Positions 60,502 through 64,000 of a DNA stretch of 64,000 nt are shown in pieces. The notes under the pieces were generated by a model. That model worked only from the letters and a program-made list of their open reading frames with translations, did not search any database and had not been told where the DNA came from. The stretch is from Steroidobacter sp. (lineage in GTDB: Bacteria; Pseudomonadota; Gammaproteobacteria; Steroidobacterales; Steroidobacteraceae), in contig NZ_DASWTF010000027.1 of assembly GCF_036402275.1 (NCBI RefSeq), forward strand, positions 86,183-150,182, written 5' to 3'. Both the position numbers and the translations under genes were made by a program. Positions within the stretch are counted from its first letter, which is position 1; each line of letters begins with the position of its first letter.

Positions 60502-61197
60502 CTATTTCTGGAACAGCACCAGATGCTGCAAGGGCAGGGTGTGGACCGTCTTCTGGTGACGGAAGCCGGCCGCCGTGAGCTCGCGGATGATCTGCCGCTC
60601 CGACATTTTGTGGACCGCCTTGATCATCACCGCCGGGTCCTCCGCCCGATATTCGATCAGCGCGAGCCGGCCGCCCGGTTTCAACGCTTCGCGCACCTTG
60701 GTGAGCATCTCGAAGGGAAATTCCAGCTCGTGATACACGTCGACCATGAACAACAGGTCGACGCTGTTCGGTTCGAGGTTGGGATCGCTGGGTGTACTCA
60801 GCACGGTCGTAACATTCGCAACGCCCGCACGCTTCGCGCGGTCGGAAATGATCCGAAGCATGCGCGGCTCCACGTCGATCGCGAGCACGCGGCCTTGCTC
60901 CCCAACCAATGGAGCAATTCGAAACGTGTAGTAACCGGAGCCGGCCCCGAGATCGGCGATCGTCTGGCCAGGTTTGATTTCCAACGCGTCGATGACGAGT
61001 TGCGGACGTTCCTCCGTCTCGCGCTCTGGCCGTTCGAGCCACGGCGCGCCACCAGGTCCCATGACGTGTGCGATCTCGCGGCCAAGATAGAATTTCCCGA
61101 TGCCGTCGGGATCGTGCTCGGCGCGTGTTTCGTAAGGCGGTGGGCCTGCAAACGCGCTGCTCGCGGACAGCAGCAGCGCGAAGAGCCACGCGCGCAT
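60502..61197 (-). CDS. Class I SAM-dependent methyltransferase with signal peptide
   Basis: MRAWLFALLLSASSAFAG, IADLGAGSGYY, VLAIDV, MVDVYHE; start moved to ATG 61197. Confidence 0.88.
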   Translation of the reverse strand: MRAWLFALLLSASSAFAGPPPYETRAEHDPDGIGKFYLGREIAHVMGPGGAPWLERPERETEERPQLVIDALEIKPGQTIADLGAGSGYYTFRIAPLVGEQGRVLAIDVEPRMLRIISDRAKRAGVANVTTVLSTPSDPNLEPNSVDLLFMVDVYHELEFPFEMLTKVREALKPGGRLALIEYRAEDPAVMIKAVHKMSERQIIRELTAAGFRHQKTVHTLPLQHLVLFQK

Positions 61198-61541
61198 CAC
61201 GCGTCGTTGCGGCTCAAATAGAAATAAATGTAGCTGGTGATGAACAGCACGCAGACGCTGCAAGCGAAGATGATGCCCCAGCCGGCGGCAATGATGGCGA
61301 ACACGTCCACCGAGCCCGTCGAGCTGGCCGCCTGCGCGGTCGACAACGAACCGAAGCCCGAGGCGATGGCGAATGCGGTGACGCAACTGAACATCCATTT
61401 CATGAGATAGCCGGGCAGGTAGATTCGCATACTGCGGTTGTGCCGGTAAGCGGCGGCCCGCGCCACCCGATCGCCGCGGCTGGCGTCCTTGAACAGCCAG
61501 AACGGCCACAGATAGCGAAACAACACCAGCGACAGCGGCAT
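61197..61541 (-). CDS. Hypothetical membrane protein
   Basis: FRYLWPFWLFKDA..G....RAAAYRHN followed by two TM helices; stop overlaps the methyltransferase start. Confidence 0.65.
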   Translation of the reverse strand: MPLSLVLFRYLWPFWLFKDASRGDRVARAAAYRHNRSMRIYLPGYLMKWMFSCVTAFAIASGFGSLSTAQAASSTGSVDVFAIIAAGWGIIFACSVCVLFITSYIYFYLSRNDA

Positions 61542-61836
61542 GTCGTCGTAGTGCGAGGCGACGGCTGCACCAGAAGAGCGCGGCATCGGCAGTTACCCGG
61601 TCATAGTTGTGGTCACGAGCCACCGCGTGGCTCGACTCAAGAATAGATGTCCCGCGGCCGGCGATGGTTCCGTGTTCAGCCGGGAGACGGGCAGGCGCGA
61701 TTGCCGCCGCCGCGGCAGGCGGTTCCGCGCGGCTGTGAAAATCACGCCCGCTGTGGAAACACGCGCTGCCCCGGGACGGCGCGCGTGGCTATTCTGCCGG
61801 CCGCCAACGGAATTTCCCTGGCGGACCGGAACGTCA

Positions 61837-64000
61837 GTGCTCAACCCGAACGACACCATTCAGGTCTCCCGTTTTCATCCGCGCACGCCGCCGGGGCGAC
61901 CGCTGGAAGTCGGCTGGGGACAGGCGTTCGGGCGTTGGCTGTGGCATCTCGTCGTGCTGCCGGCGGAACAGGCTCAGCCGTGGCCGCAGTGGGTTATTCG
62001 TTACATCAAGCCGGCCGTATTCGCGCTGGCCAAGCAATTGCGCGTCACCAATCCGAGCAGCATGCGCTCCTGGCTATGGAGTCTGCTGCTGGTCGATCCG
62101 CCGCGCGCTTACTGGTCCAGCCCTGAAACTTACGCCACCGATGCGCGGCGCGGCCGCCCGCCTTCCATCCGTACTCTGCTGCATCAAGCGATCTATCCGT
62201 ATGCGATGCCAGTGGCCTGGTCGAGCGCGCAAAAGTTGGAAAGCGCGTCGCTGGCCGTCAGTCGAGCGTTCTCGCGCCTTCATGTTTCGGTGCGCTACAC
62301 GCTGACCGGTGCAGCTGTGGTGGTGTTCGTGATGGCAGCGACCACGCCGTTGAACCTCGGTCAGCAATCGGTGGTGCTGGTGGGGATGTGGGTGCTCACA
62401 TTGTTGACGCGGCAGCTGACGGGCTATGGGCCCGCCATCATTTTGATGGGCGTGTCAATGCTGGCGTCGTCGCGTTATATCTGGTGGCGTTTGACCCAGA
62501 CCACGGATCTGGATTCCAACCTGGAGGCGTTTCTCGGCCTCGGACTGCTGGCGGCAGAGTGTTACACCTGGGTCGTGCTGGTGCTCGGTTATATTCAGAA
62601 CGCACGTCCGTTGAGGCGAAGGCCGGCGCCGCTGCCCGCGGATCGCGGCAGCTGGCCGACGGTCGATGTTTTCATTCCCACTTACAACGAGCCGTTGAGA
62701 GTGGTGAAGCTCACGGTGCTCGCCGCTCTGAACCTGGACTGGCCGCCAGACAAGCTGCGCGTGTATCTGCTGGATGACGGTCGTCGCGCCGAATTCAAAG
62801 AGTTCGCGAAAGCATGCGGCGCGGAGTACATCGTTCGCCCCAATAACGATCACGCCAAGGCCGGCAATCTGAATCACGCCTTGCAGCTCACCCAAGGTGA
62901 GTTCGTCGCCATCTTCGATTGCGATCACATTCCCGTGCGTACGTTTCTCACCACCACCCTGGGCTGGTTTCTGCGAGACCGGAAGTGCGCGATGTTGCAG
63001 ACACCGCATCACTTTTTCTCGCCCGATCCGTTCGAGCGCAATCTTGGCACGTTCCGGCGCGTGCCCAACGAGGGCAACCTGTTCTACGGACTGATCCAGG
63101 ACGGCAACGACTTGTGGAACGCGACGTTCTTTTGCGGCTCGTGTGCCGTGTTGCGTCGAGGGCCGTTGCAGGAAGTGGGCGGCATCGCGGTCGAGACGGT
63201 CACGGAAGATGCGCACACTGCGCTCAAGTTGCATCGGCGCGGCTATACGACGGCCTATCTGCGCATGGTCCTTGCGGGCGGACTGGCCACCGAGAGTCTG
63301 TCTGGTCACATCGGTCAACGCATTCGCTGGGCGCGCGGCATGGCGCAGATCTTCCGCCTGGACAATCCATTCCTCGGTCGCGGGCTGAGCTTTTTTCAAC
63401 GCCTGTGTTACTCCAACTCGATGCTGCATTTCTTTTCCGGCATCCCACGCTTGATCTTCCTGACCTCGCCGCTGACTTACTTGTTCTTCGAGCTGCACAT
63501 CATCGATGCCACCGCGGTGACGCTCGGAGCGTATGCCTTGCCGCACCTGGTGCAATCGAGCATCGCGAACGCGCATTTGCAAGGCCGCTTCCGGCATTCG
63601 TTCTGGAACGAAGCTTATGAGGCGGTGCTGTCGTGGTACATCGCCCTGCCCACCACGGTGGCGCTGATCAATCCGCGGCTGGGCAAGTTCAACGTCACCG
63701 CCAAGGGCGGGCTCATCGAGCACGATTTTTTCGACTGGCGCATTTCCGCGCCGTACCTAGTGCTGGTGTTGTTGAACATCGCCGGCGCGCTGATCGCCAT
63801 CCCGCGGCTGTTGTTCTGGAACTCCTTCGAGGCGGCCACGGTGGCGGTCAATCTGATCTGGACGTTGTTCAATCTGACGTTGCTCGGCGCCGTGCTGGGA
63901 GTCGCGGCGGAAACGCGGCAAGTGCGCAGCGCTCATCGCGTCGTCAGATCCATGCCGGCGATGCTCATCGCGGCCGACGGTCGCCGAGTCGGCTGCGAGA
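61837..64000 (+). CDS. bcsA: Cellulose synthase catalytic subunit, 3'-truncated by window edge (absent from ORF track)
   Basis: Frame +1 hand translation: DVFIPTYNE, LLDDG, HAKAGN, FDCDH, QTPH, FFCGS, TED, QRIRW, and PilZ-linker RSAHR near 63925; GTG start at 61837 is tentative (frame open from 61516). Confidence 0.93.
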   Translation, partial: MLNPNDTIQVSRFHPRTPPGRPLEVGWGQAFGRWLWHLVVLPAEQAQPWPQWVIRYIKPAVFALAKQLRVTNPSSMRSWLWSLLLVDPPRAYWSSPETYATDARRGRPPSIRTLLHQAIYPYAMPVAWSSAQKLESASLAVSRAFSRLHVSVRYTLTGAAVVVFVMAATTPLNLGQQSVVLVGMWVLTLLTRQLTGYGPAIILMGVSMLASSRYIWWRLTQTTDLDSNLEAFLGLGLLAAECYTWVVLVLGYIQNARPLRRRPAPLPADRGSWPTVDVFIPTYNEPLRVVKLTVLAALNLDWPPDKLRVYLLDDGRRAEFKEFAKACGAEYIVRPNNDHAKAGNLNHALQLTQGEFVAIFDCDHIPVRTFLTTTLGWFLRDRKCAMLQTPHHFFSPDPFERNLGTFRRVPNEGNLFYGLIQDGNDLWNATFFCGSCAVLRRGPLQEVGGIAVETVTEDAHTALKLHRRGYTTAYLRMVLAGGLATESLSGHIGQRIRWARGMAQIFRLDNPFLGRGLSFFQRLCYSNSMLHFFSGIPRLIFLTSPLTYLFFELHIIDATAVTLGAYALPHLVQSSIANAHLQGRFRHSFWNEAYEAVLSWYIALPTTVALINPRLGKFNVTAKGGLIEHDFFDWRISAPYLVLVLLNIAGALIAIPRLLFWNSFEAATVAVNLIWTLFNLTLLGAVLGVAAETRQVRSAHRVVRSMPAMLIAADGRRVGCE

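Noticed and set aside
61837-64000. bcsA as a pseudogene because it is absent from the ORF track
   Set aside because: The segments I translated by hand in frame +1 have no stop and the catalytic motifs are intact; it is only cut by the window edge.

Overview
High-GC bacterial chromosome segment, most consistent with a gammaproteobacterium (Steroidobacter-like by gene content and order; inference). It is almost entirely core genome: yhdP-nitrilase-tldD, purEK, pmbA, purC, djlA-rpe, crp, coq7, rplM-rpsI-tRNA-Gln, pyrD, rpiA, zapA-6S RNA-ygfA-EVE, ygfB-pepP-ubiH-ubiI, ispG, a tandem glycine riboswitch with gcvT-H-PA-PB, sua5, rlmI-lgt-thyA-folA-rluF, and the start of a cellulose synthase (bcsA) running off the right edge. 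I see no integrase, transposase, phage gene or CRISPR array. The best leads are: (1) a stand-alone glmS without glmU, preceded by an 84-aa unknown protein and a structured leader, a pair I recall from actinobacteria; (2) a 22-aa Lys-rich small ORF missed by the ORF track, plus a SET-domain methyltransferase with Lys-rich tails inserted between thyA and folA; (3) a signal-peptide-bearing protease with Nma111/Deg7-like duplicated architecture; (4) a rod-like leader RNA ahead of an ornithine decarboxylase; (5) two FHA-domain fusions (ExeA-type ATPase and diguanylate cyclase); (6) a CRP with a poly-acidic tail; (7) two inverted-repeat-bounded intergenic elements. Family assignments come from motif recognition only; no database search was run. 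Many start codons were re-chosen by eye.
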